The translations under genes and the position numbers were made by a program. Under the pieces are notes generated by a model. The model worked only from the letters and a program-made list of their open reading frames with translations, had not been told where the DNA came from and made no database searches. From Malacoraja senta (lineage: Eukaryota), in the NCBI GenBank assembly GCA_038087875.1, contig CM075987.1, forward strand, positions 14,632,001 through 14,696,000: a stretch of DNA of 64,000 nucleotides, read 5' to 3'. This document shows, piece after piece, positions 37,188 through 49,435 of this stretch (within the stretch, counting starts at the first letter, position 1; each line of letters opens with the position of its first letter).

Positions 37188-39506
37188 AAAAAGAGAATAG
37201 AATAGCTTGAGGAGCAGCCCCTGGTTATTCAGTGATAGATGGCCGATCCATTTGTGAAGGGCTCCAGCAATCTTTGAGACCATAATCTACTCTAGGCTTC
37301 CAGTTGTGCTGATAAGGGCCCCCAGTAACTTCCATATTACTTTGCAACACAGAATGAAGCATTTCAGCTAACCTAGTTTACCATGATTTACAGAGCAAAA
37401 CATTCCCCGACTAATTTTCCCTGCGATCTATTCCCATGAACCTTTCCCCGAGATTCTACCACACATCCATATTAGGAGCAATCTACAGGAGCCAATTAAT
37501 CACCAACATACAGGAATTTGGGATATGACAGGAAACCAATACAGTCAGAGGAAACCCATGAAGTCAAAGGGAAATATGCAGATCCATACACTCAACACGA
37601 AGTCAAGACTGAACCCGGGTCACTCTGTAGCCTTTGTTTACTGGCAGGATGTTCAATCAATATACATCAAGACCGAAGATGAAAGTTAAAATGTATTTTG
37701 TGTGCAAGAACAAACTCCAGGAAATTCCTTTGGGCACAATGGAAAAAGGGAGTTGTCACCTACAGTCTGAGATTTGTATTCTTGAAAAATAATTTGGATG
37801 GTGAAAAAGCATTGTAAAGTAAACCTATTACTGATGACATTATGGCTTAACAATTAAAGTGTTCATCCAGAGTAGTGGTTTATGCATCTGTCTCAATCCC
37901 AGCATGACAGTATGGGATAGTGAATTCATCTCCATGACAAGAGTAAATTAGTGGATTAGTGCAAAACCCAAATTTTCCACTGATGGTTTTTGCAACAATA
38001 ATCTAGCATCTGGAATGTAGTAAATCCTGCTGTCCCTATCATTGCCCTATCTACATATGATCCCAGTGACACACTGCGTTACTTACTCAGTATTATAGTA
38101 ATGAAAAATAAATGGCGTGCAACTTGCATGCAAAAGTCATAGGCAATGTCCAACAGACAAGCCTTCTGTTAAAATGTCATTAAACCATGGTAGATGATCA
38201 TAGCTCTATGGGATTTGTAAATGGATATGTTGACAAACAGTGTAACAGTTGAGGCTTCTATCTTCGTTAGAAAGATGCACTTGTTGTGCACTTAAGCACA
38301 AACGAATGTAAGAAATAGGAACAGAAACAGACCACATACCACATGCATGCTCTGAAATTTGGAAAGTTCATGGCTGATTGTCAACTGGAATTCCAAACAA
38401 TTGTCATAACCCATGGATGTCTCTCATGAATTCAATATTCCAGCAAGGATAATTATGGGAAAAAACCCATAACTACAATTGTTACAATTCTTGTCAGCTA
38501 GATACCCATTGAAAACCTCAAAAGATGGAATGAGGATTAATAGTGCCCTGACAAAACGTCAACATTAATGATGCATGATGCATTCTTTCTCATGCATAGT
38601 TTTTGCCCTGTCTCCTGGAAAAAGTGTTTTCTTTTAGACATTACTGACATGGAAACAAGGAACAATTTGCATTGATATAACATCTGCTTTTTTAAAATAT
38701 TGTAAGTAGCATGAAATGCAAGAAACATATTAGTGTATTGGCACCCATCAGTTCTCCTAAACAGCAATAAGATAACGACAAAATAAAATAATGACAACAT
38801 GTTTCAATCATGTTGAATGAAGGATAAATATTAACTACGACATCTTCCTTGTACTCCTCCTTTAAAATCTATCTGAGAGCAGATGAGTCCTTTCTTAAAG
38901 ACCGTACTTCCAACATTGTTGCCCCCTCGAAGCACTGAACTAGAGTGTGGGAAACTGAAAGTCAGTCAAGTGAGTGGGGCATGAGGTCTACATTGAGCAA
39001 TGAAACTACCGATAGATAATCTGTCAACTGAAATCTCAATCAAACACTAATTGGACAGCAAAGCTACTTCATGTCGACAGCAAAAATCCCTTCTCAAAGA
39101 TACAGCTAATTCAGCAACTCAACAGCCTCTTGATCACAACCTCAGTACAGAAGCAGTGATAAACATCCTATACCGTCTGTTGCTCAATAGCCATCTGATC
39201 CATCACAGCTGTAGAGGATTCTTACCAATTTTCTTGAAACTTAAAAGGACCCTGTTGGGCAATATTACCTTGCTGCCAGATTACATTCATTGACAGAAAG
39301 TAGCAAAGTTGATACCTTGATCAAACAATGAGGGAATTGCCTGAATAAGAGTATTATAAAATCTGAATTAGATTATTGGATTCATTTTGTTTGGTATGTG
39401 CAGGCTTTATGTAGAAGATTCTTAGATTTAATATAGCCAATACTGTGGGAAGACAGAGTTACTGCTTAAATATAGCTCTTTCTCTTTCAGTATTACCCAT
39501 CAACAT

Positions 39507-39681
39507 GGGGGCAAGGAAAGAGCGTTCACGCCTCGGCCCTGTTTCCACCAATCATTCCACCACCACGCACAAGAAGCAGAAGAAGCGACAAGACAGACAC
39601 CATTGTATGCAGATGGCGAGAATTGTGTTCAGCTCTGGCTGAACAACTTCTACTCTTGTGCGTGGACTCGATAAGAAGAAG
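39507..39681 (+). mobile_element. 175-bp short retroposon, unclassified
   Basis: 12-bp direct repeats acccatcaacat (39495-506, 39682-93); (aag)n tail. Confidence 0.7.
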
Positions 39682-40721
39682 ACCCATCAACATAAATAAA
39701 GTTTGAAAAATGAAAATTTGAAAGAAGTGTGTTTACTTAAAGAATTAATTGCATTTATTTTACCAGTAGTATTTATTGAATACTCCATTATGTTTTATTT
39801 TCTGTTGCCTCAATAAAGCAAGCAACAACTCTTTTATTTTCATCTGTAAGCGCTTTAATAAAAAGATTTTATTAACAGATGATAGGAGATAATGGCATTC
39901 TCTGAAAACCTGGATTAGGTCATTCCATTATTTGCCTTTCTGCACATAACCAATGTTGTCAGCTCTAATAGACTGCTGTCATATTCACTTCCAATACAAC
40001 AAATTATGATCATTGTGCAGTCAGGACAATTTAAACAGTCGCAGAGTGGAACCTCTATTAACTATTAGATTGAAAAGAATGATCTTTTTGGATTGGCGTC
40101 AGAGAATACTGAATAATCCAAAAATGTAAACTTTTGATTTTGAATGTGCATAAAGTAATAGACTAGGCAGAAAAATGAAAAGTGTAATTTAAATTGAATG
40201 CAATGGACTGTGCAGTTGGTTTGTGACAGGCAGGAGATTGGTGTTAGCACTGCACAATGTGATTCGTGTTTGTGCAAATCTTGTCATTCTGCCAGAGAGG
40301 AAGAGGGATAGTTTGCGCAGATGGTGGAGGATTCTACTCATTTGCTAACATCATCTCATTAGTGGAAATGCAGTCACATAACACTGTTAATACTGCAACT
40401 GCTTCAACAGTAGATTTGGAAATCATTGAGGGTGTCTGTGTGCGAGCAGGAAATATATTTTCAAACTAAACGATGGAGGCCTGCTTTCACTTGGAGGCTG
40501 AATTCCGAAACTTTCAGGTGAAAATTTGTCCCTGGCAATAGCACAAGACAGACAAGAGCCGTAGGAACACATTACATGCCACTTGCATCATGCAATTTTA
40601 GTGAACAGGAGGTGGCCACTGATGTCAAAGGCACATCTCCACCTTGTTGCCTCATGCCAAAGACGTGCAGCTTTGTAGGTTAATTGGCTACTGTAAATAT
40701 TCCCTTTTGGAAGGCATGGAT

Positions 40722-41560
40722 GGACAAAGGACAAAAGGACAAAGGACATTTATTGTCACATACACCAATCGGTGCGGTGAAATTTGAGTTACCATGCAGC
40801 ACACAAATAAGATAAACACAACACTATAGAATTTAACATAAAACATAAAAACATCCCCCACATCAACGTTTCCCACTGTGAGGGAAGGCAACAAAATTCA
40901 GTTCTCTTCCTCTTGTTCACCCGTGGTCAGGGCCTATTGATGCCTCCGCAGTCACTGCAATAGCGGCCCGATGTTTCAGGCCCTCTCGCCGGGATGATGG
41001 AGCTCCGGCTTCGGGACGGAAGAACACTCTCAGCGACTTGGAGTTTCCAAAACGGCCGCTTCCTATCGGAGACCGCAGCTTCCGAAGTCCACAGGCCGAG
41101 CTGGGCAGAGCTCCAACATTGACGATCCTCGGCGAAAGATCCCAGGCACCGCGATGTTAAAGTCAGCACCGCCCGCAGCTGGAAGCTCCGCAGACCACAG
41201 CTCCATGATGTAAAGTCAGCAGGCCCAACACACCGGAGCTCCAACACGGCGATCTTGGTAAGGCACCGCCCGCTCCGCGATGGTAATCCAGTGCTGTGCC
41301 GCCGCTGAAGCTCTGGCCGGTCTCCGGCAGGAAAAGCCGCGCCAATCTAGATGGTAGGCCACAGTGGGGGGGGAAGATGCGACTCTGAGAAAAGACGCAT
41401 CCTCGACCAGGTAGTGACTGAGAAGACGGTTCCCCCCCCACGTAAAAAAGACTAAAAGACCTCCAAAACAAAACTTTTAGACAGACTAAAAATAACAAAA
41501 AGGATGAAAGGACAGACAGCTGCTGGCGAGGCTGCCACACCCGATGGCGCCACCACTCGG
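40722..41560 (-). mobile_element. GC-rich non-autonomous LINE-derived element nested in a V-SINE
   Basis: (tttgtcc)n tail after tgtgacaataaa on minus strand; SINE halves at ~40650-40706 and ~41595-41670. Confidence 0.6.
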
Positions 41561-42102
41561 AGGTCATATCCCAAATGAGAAATTGGGGTAACAAAGAACT
41601 AGTGTGAATGGGTAATCAATGGTCAGCATAGATCTTGTGAGCTGAAGAACCTGTTTCAATGCTCTAAACTATGATCCACTGTTAAAACAATAGCTGAAGA
41701 AACAACAAATAAACATAGACTGTGGCCAATAATAGTTATGTCCTGACTAGATTCTCCTTATCTGATTTTGGTTCTTCATCCAATTATTTTAAATCTCTGT
41801 CTCTGGCTGTGCAATCCTTCTCCCTGTTTGCCTCAGCAAAACCTATATGCTTTCATTTCTACAGGTGGAAAATCAGCATATTCAGAAATAACCAAATAAT
41901 ACCCCAGTTCCCACCAGCAGGTACCCTGCTTATCCCAAGAACATGCCTGCACCAACCAAATTAATTTTATATTAGAAAACCATGCCCTGGAAATGTGATT
42001 TCTGGTGAAAAAAAACTTTCTGAGGTTCCATTTTAGCAGCTTATTATATATTCTAATTACATTAACACAAAACACTTATTTTAAAAATACAACTTTGGAA
42101 AC

Positions 42103-42198
42103 TCTGAAGAAGGGTTTCGGCCCGAAACGTTGCCTATTTCCTTCGCTCCATAGATGCTGCCGCACCCGCTGAGTTTCTCCAGCAATTTTGTCTACCTT
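42103..42198 (+). mobile_element. 96-bp Penelope-derived mini-element with hammerhead motif
   Basis: 13-bp TSD caactttggaaac (42090-102, 42199-211); CTGAAGA-a-gggt ttcg gccc-GAAA-cg-TT. Confidence 0.85.
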
Positions 42199-43214
42199 CA
42201 ACTTTGGAAACCATCTGTTCACCTCCACACTTTGTGTACAACCAAAGGTATTGTCTAATGGATTATCTCCAATTGTTCTTGTTCAGACTTCCAGCCAATT
42301 TGTGTAGTTCACATCATTCTGGCCATGCTCTTATTTCACTATGACCATTGGGGAAAATGTACAGGAGCTTAAAAACCCATCAGGTTTAAGAACTGCTTCT
42401 TCCCAGCAAGAAGCTTGTTGCTCAGGCTTTTGAACACTGCACAACATTAACCTCAGCAACTAGGATCTAGAGAGTTTCAGACTTGCAATAGCAATGTTTT
42501 CCCCAAGCAAGATTTTCAAAAATGAAGGCCTTTTTAATAGCAATAAGTTTATTTTTGTTACTGCAAGCTAAAACTACAAGAGGCCAAACATATCTCACAT
42601 TGTTTAATAGAATAGCATTGCACATGCATCAAAGTATCAAAATAAGTGATTAATTGTCATTTCTAACGGCCGCCTGCAGTGAAACTGACAAACTGTGATC
42701 ATAAGAGTTAACGGTGTCTGATTACTGTGGGAGATTACATGGAAACTAATTTTCCCTTGATTGTTACATTCCTTACAGCTTTTTTCCTGCTTGTCAATAT
42801 ACAAAGTAACTTAAGTGGTTTTGCAGATCTTGCTCAAAATCGTGTTATTTCCACATAACACAAATAGTATGCCCTAATTCATCACTTGTGTTATATCCAA
42901 TTCACGTCATTGGAACAGATGTTATGTTTTTTAAGTCACAGCTAATGTGCCTATAACGAGTCTGAAGAAGGGTCCCAACCGGAAATATTACCTCTCCTTT
43001 CCCTCCACAGACGCAGCTTGATTAGGTGAATTCCTTCAGCACTTTGTGTTCTGATCAAGATTCGAGCATCTGCAGTTTGTCGCGTCTCTAATGTGTCTGT
43101 AAAGCTCCAGCAAGCAAGAATTTAATTATTCCAATTCCTATTCAATGCACATACATAACAAATAAGTACATGGTTCTTGTTCTTCCACCATCATGGACCA
43201 AAGTCGATTATTCC

Positions 43215-43414
43215 NNNNNNNNNNNNNNNNNNNNNNNNNNNNNNNNNNNNNNNNNNNNNNNNNNNNNNNNNNNNNNNNNNNNNNNNNNNNNNNNNNNNNN
43301 NNNNNNNNNNNNNNNNNNNNNNNNNNNNNNNNNNNNNNNNNNNNNNNNNNNNNNNNNNNNNNNNNNNNNNNNNNNNNNNNNNNNNNNNNNNNNNNNNNNN
43401 NNNNNNNNNNNNNN
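43215..43414. other. Assembly gap (200 N)
   Basis: Run of N. Confidence 1.
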
Positions 43415-43760
43415 TCTGTCGATTTCACAGTCCCTTTGGTGTGTAGCACACCTGCACTCATTTGGTGGCTACATTAAGTGTAGTTATTGCTGTGGGATAA
43501 AAACTGTTTTTGAGTCTGTTTGTCCTTGTCCTCATTGATCTGTACCGTCTGCCTGACGGCAGCAGTTCAAACAGGGAGTGACCGGGGTGGAAAATGTCCT
43601 TTATGATCTTCTGGGATTTTTTGAGACAGTGGGAACTGTGTAGGTCCTCCAAGGTGAGGAGAGGGCAGCCGATAATCTTCTGGGCATTGTCAATAGCCCT
43701 CTGGAGCGCTTTCCTCTTAGCCGCTGTGCAGCTGGTGTACCACATGCATACACAGTTGAT
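43415..43760 (-). mobile_element. Rex1/Babar-like LINE 3' fragment abutting the gap
   Basis: HPGHSLFELLPSGRRYRSMRTRTNRLKNSFYP. Confidence 0.8.
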
Positions 43761-45061
43761 AATTTGGTGCACTGATACTTTATTTTGATATAATATATGA
43801 AGGGGGCTTGTACAGGGATTAAAATGCGGTTTAAAAATTGAGTGGTGAAAACTGAGCCTGTTTCTGAATCTTGTATCAGAAAAGACTTGGGAAGATATAA
43901 CCTACCTGCTTCATCCTTGGTGTAAGCTGCAGAGGGATTACAATCATATTGAGTACTTTTGGGTATAGTTGCGTGCTTTCTTCAAAGTAACCAATTCCTC
44001 CTCCTGGGGCTAGCATTGCAATGTAGACTAGGCCTTTAAATTCTCCACAATTGTACTTCCATCACCAGGAAGCACCTCAAAGAAAAGAATGGGCACCATA
44101 GTAGCACAGCAATTAATGCTACTAATTCACAGCGCCAAAGACCAAGGCTCAATTCCTTAACCCAAGTTGGTGTAGAGTTTACATGTTCTTTTCATAACTG
44201 GGTGCTCTAATTGCTCCATATCCCAACGGTGGAAAAATGTAGAGGAGATTTACATGGATGTTGCAATTGCAACGACTTGAGAGGCTGAGCTATAGGGTGA
44301 GATTGGGCAGGCTAGGATTTTATTCCTTGGAGCACAGAAGGCTGAGGGATGTTCTTTAGAGGTGTATAAAATCATGAGAGGAATAGATACGGTGAATGAA
44401 CAGCGTCTTTTTCCCAGGATAGGGAATCAAGAACCAGAGGGCTTAGGTTTAAGGTGAGAGGGGAAAGGTTTCATATGAATCTGAGGGGCAACTTTTTTCC
44501 ACACTGAGAATGGTGGGAATGTGGAACGAACTGCCAGAGGAAGTAGCGGAGGCTGGTACAATAACAGCATTCATGTTATTTTACCTGGTCGGAGGAAATA
44601 TTCTTGTCATGATTCTAATTATATCAAGTCACAACAGCTAGATCATTTAAAAGACATTGGGACAGATACAAGGATAGGAAAGGTTTAGAGGGATATGGGC
44701 CAAATGTGGTAAAATAAGATTAGTTTACATGGAACATTTCAGTTGAGCCGAAGGGTCTATTTTTGTGCTATGACCCTATGTGCCAGTAAGTTAATTGGCT
44801 TCTGTAAATCATCCCTTTGTGTAGTTGTGGCAAATGAACTACAGGGATGTTGATGGATAAATGAGAGAAACTAACTTGTTGGTCAACAAGAGGTAGGGAG
44901 AGCGACTGATGAGTGTGCTACGTAGAGAGTTGGCATGGGCCTGATGAGCTAAATAGCCTTCTTCTGTTTCTTCACAAGATAAAAACCTTCCAAATAATGA
45001 TCCAACACTAATCCCATTTTACTCTTCTCACATTCTCCTCAACTCTTCCCAGGAGATCCCG

Positions 45062-45369
45062 GGTCCACAGTCTTAGAATAAAGGGGAGGTCATTTAAGAA
45101 TGAGGTGAGAAAAAACTTTTTCACCCAGAGAGTTGTGAATTTGTGGAATTCCCTGCCACAGAGGGCAGTGGAGGCCAAATCACTGGATGGATTTAAGAGA
45201 GAGTTAGATAGAGCTCTAGGGGCTAGTGGAATCAAGGGATATGGGAGAAGGCAGGCACGGGTTATTGATTGGGGATGATCAGCCATGATCGCAATGAATG
45301 GCGGTGCTGGCTAGAAGGGCCGAATGGGCTCCTCCTGCACCTATTTTCTATGTTTCTATGTTTCTATGA
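45062..45369 (+). mobile_element. CR1 3' end, same subfamily as 19270-20030
   Basis: Close match to 19737-20030 with (tttctatg)n tail. Confidence 0.85.
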
Positions 45370-45729
45370 GATAATTCAAGCTGACACAAACACAAACTGG
45401 CATTTTCATAAATCTGTTAATGTAGCGAAATGTCGAAAGGCATTGACATTCAGCCATGAAATTCCCCCTGTCTCCACCCCGCCCACCCATCCCCCATGCC
45501 TCATAAATATGCGGTAATACCTAAATAGCCTTGGCCTGGTTTCTTCAGTGATAGTTGGATTGCCATTTTATCTTCCTATCCATGACCCACCTGGAGTTTT
45601 AATCCACAGCTCCATTGGAAAAATGATTGCTATCAGCTTCACCATGTCTCTATCTAAGATCATTTAATTTTAAAGCCACATTCCTCAAGGTTGAAAATTA
45701 ATGTTTGGGGCCAACAAACACTAAATTCT

Positions 45730-45823
45730 ACATTGACCCAAAAAGCTGGAGTAGCTCAGCGGGCCAGACAGCACCTCTAGAGAAAAGGAATAGGTGACGT
45801 TTCGGGTCATGACCCTTCTTCAG
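45730..45823 (-). mobile_element. Penelope-derived mini-element with hammerhead motif (GUC site)
   Basis: Minus strand CTGAAGA-a-gggt catg accc-GAAA-cg-TC; 12-bp TSD aca(c/t)taaattct. Confidence 0.8.
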
Positions 45824-46726
45824 ACATTAAATTCTGTTGAATTATTTGTTGAGCAACAGTAGTTGTACAATGTGAGTTCTGCAAACTATATATTTACAGC
45901 CATGGAGTCACAGAGATGGTAGTGGGCCCTGCATGTCCGCGCCGACCATCAACAACTCAGTTATACTAATGCTACAGTAATCCAATCCGCCCTACGGTGG
46001 GTAAAGCAGAATGGTGAATTGCACCAATGATTAGAATAAACTGAATTCTAATAAACATAATTATGAAGCTGCACTAGTACAAAGCTGATTATAAAATAGT
46101 TTATAAAATAGATTATAAAATAAGATTGCCTTTGGACCTACAGATGTATTTCCATCCATTCTTGTCTGGATACGCCTACAGGTGGTAGAGAAAATCAATA
46201 CTAAACCTGCAGCATCTGGGACAGATTGTCAATACTATACCAACTACTACTGCAAATTTTATTGGCAACCTATGCAATGTAGATTGCTTGGCCTTTTGGT
46301 GGTTTCCACTTCGATTGTCAGCTTTTCATTGAAATGCTTGACAAATGTTCAGATCTAATATTCATTATGCATAAAATGTTACATTTAGTTTGATTCTTTC
46401 TCAATGTGCAATTCACAATTCACCAACCCTGTCTTGGCTCATGACACTCCGAGAGGACATTTTCGACATCTCCATCAGAAAATGGTGATTCTTAAACAAT
46501 GCCCTTAATTCCAGACACTATCATAAAGAGAACATCACCTTTCATTCTCCAAAAAGTTTTATATATTATCTCTTCATCTTAGGAATCTAGTGAACCTTAT
46601 ACTTTGCCTGCATTTATACCTTTCCTTAAATTTAAAACCAAAATTGTATTCCAAACCACACATGGCATCTTACCTATGCCCTAAGAGGGTGCAAAGAACC
46701 TGTAAAGAGATTACAGATGGGTTTGA

Positions 46727-47176
46727 AGAATGAATGAATGAATGAATACTTTATTGTCATTATAACATGTAAACATGTACAACGAAATTAGAAATGCCAA
46801 CCAGTCAATGCACCATTCACACATTTTCTTAGAGCAAACGTCTAAGATAAACAACTAAAATAAATAACATGAAAAAACCCCACATTCTTCTGTCGATTTC
46901 ACAGTCCCTTTGGTGTGTAGCACACCTGCACTCATTTGGTGGCTACATTAAGTGTATTTATTGCTGTGGGATAAAAACTGTTTTTGAGTCTGTTTGTCCT
47001 TGTCCTCATTGATCTGTACCGTCTGCCTGACGGCAGCAGTTCAAACAGGGAGTGACCGGGGTGGAAAATGTCCTTTATGATCTTCTGGGATTTTTTGAGA
47101 CAGTGGGAACTGTGTAGGTCCTCCAAGGTGAGGAGAGGGCAGCCGATAATCTTCTGGGCGTTGTCAATAGCCCTCT
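46727..47176 (-). mobile_element. Rex1/Babar-like LINE 3' fragment with (attc)n tail
   Basis: Near-identical to 43415-43702; (gaat)n at 46727-46747. Confidence 0.8.
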
Positions 47177-47719
47177 GTTAGAAGGGTCCTAACACAAAAC
47201 ATCACCTATCCGTTGAATCAATATTTTCCTATTTTTACATTTTATTAAAGCCAACATTCTTATAGTCTCTTGAATCACTAGTTGTACCTGCATTTCAATC
47301 CTTTATGTTTCATGTAAGATTTTCAGATCTCTCTTCGACAACAACCTAATTTCTCACTCCATTTAAATAATATTTTGCACCTTCATTTTTCTTTTCAAAG
47401 GGGATAATCTCACATCACACTCACAGCGGGTCAGGCAGTGTCCCCAGAGAACACAGATAGGTGATGTTTTGGGTTAGGACCCTTCTACAAACCCATCTAT
47501 AATCTCTTTCCAGGTTCTTTGCACCGTCTTCACACCCTCCCAATTTACCTCTATATGTGTCATTAGCAGATTTGGATATAATTCACATTATCACCTCATC
47601 TAAATAATGAATATAAATGTTAAAGAGTTGTGATTCCAGTGGCATTTAGAGTCATACAGCTCAGAAACAGGCCCTTTGGTCCAAACTACCCATTCCAACC
47701 CAAGTGGCTATCTAAGCTA

Positions 47720-47811
47720 AGCAGTCTGAAGAAGGGGTTCGGCCCGAAACGTTGCCTATTTCCTTCGCTCCATAGCACCCGCTGAGTTTCTCCAGCATTT
47801 TTGTGTACCTT
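47720..47811 (+). mobile_element. 92-bp Penelope-derived mini-element with hammerhead motif, nested in CR1
   Basis: 15-bp TSD tggctatctaagcta (47705-19, 47812-26). Confidence 0.85.
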
Positions 47812-48966
47812 TGGCTATCTAAGCTAGTTCTATTTGCTAGTGTTTGCCCCATATCCCTTTTAACCTTTCCTATCCCCATACCTGTCAAAATGTCATTTAA
47901 ATGCTCTTATTGTACCTGGCTGAAACATTTCCTCTGGCAGCTTGGTCGATATACACACAACCCTCTGTGAAAAGTTTGCCCCTCAGGTTCCTATTAAATC
48001 GTTCAGCTCTCACCTTAAAGCTATACCCTCTGGTTCTTAATTCCCCTATCCTGGGAAAAGGACTGTGCAGTCACCCTTTCTATTCCCCTCATGATTTAAT
48101 ACACTTCTATAAAAATACCCGTCAGCTTCCTGAACTCAGAGAACAAAGTCCTAGCCTGCCTAACTTCTACATAGAGCTCTGCCTTCGAGATGCGGAATTT
48201 CAAATTCACTGCCTATAAGGCTGATAGAATCAGAGACCGTCAAAGCTTCCAAAAGGTTTAGGGTTAATATTGTCACGTGTACCTAGATACAGTGAAAAAA
48301 ACTTTGTTTTGTATGGTATCCAAACACATTCGATATACCATACATAAATACAATAAAGTCAAATTCAAGTACAATGGATAGAGCAAAGTGGAAGATACAG
48401 CGTGCAGAATTCACAGCATTATAGCACATCAGTTTCACAGATATCTCTCAATGTGCACAATAGGGTAGAGGTGAATCGAACAGCACCCTAACTTATTTTC
48501 TGGCAACTGAAAGGATTATTCAGAAGCCTGATAACAAAGGGGAAGTAGCTGTTCCTGAGCCCCATGGTATGCATTTTAAGCCCCATTTTAAGCTTCTGTA
48601 CCTTCTGCTGTAAAGGAGCAGGGAGAAGAAAGAATTACTGGGGTGGGATGTCTTTGATTATGTTGGCTGCTTTTTTGAGTCAGCATGAAGTGTAGATGGA
48701 GGCAAAGGGAGGGAAGTCCGGTCAGTGTGATGGATTGAGTTACATTTACAACTCTCTGCAATTTCTTGCAGCTTTGGGCAGAGCTATGATGCAGCCTGAC
48801 AGTAGTCTTTCTATGGTGCATCAGTAGGGGATTAGACTTAATGACACCTTGCATCACAAAGCTCTTCATCACACTCCCTATTTATTTTGCCTGTCTCTTT
48901 GATTCCATATATCAGTTATACCCACTGATGGGTGATTTTACAGTGCCTGTGCCCCTAATCCAAATA

Positions 48967-49435
48967 CAGGTCCATCACCGATTTTCCAGCACCTCTTGTT
49001 TCAGAGCCTTTCTGGATTATCCATTTTGCTGGACTAAGAGGTTATGGCCCCCGAGAAAGTCCAAAAGTACCAGGACGTTCCACCGAGGAGCCAAGATGGC
49101 CTCGGAAGTCGGCTATGGGAAGGGATCTGCCGGCTCTAGCCAGGCCGGAGTTCCAGCCGCAGGGCCCAGATTCGACCCGCCGACCGGCCGCAGAACCTGG
49201 CTACGGGAATGGATCTGTCGGCACCAGTTCGGTTGGAGTTCCAGAGCCCCGGCTGCAGGGGGCAAAATCGACCCGCCGATCGGCGCGGAAGTCCCGATGA
49301 GGTCAAGATTGGCCTCCCCACTCGGCCTAGGCACCACATTTTCGGGGGACTTCCGGAAGGAATTTCGAGTGCACTCTCATAATTTTGTTCGAATTAAAGG
49401 TCTGACCAGTTGCCAGAAAATCATTGGTAGATTTG
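48967..49435. mobile_element. TA-flanked MITE (Tc1/pogo-like) with GC-rich core
   Basis: TA at 48965-66 and 49436-37; imperfect ~27-bp TIR; internal direct repeats gatctg.cggc and tcgacccgccga. Confidence 0.65.

Noticed and set aside
43138-43538. ORFs containing X runs
   Set aside because: Artefacts of translating through the N gap
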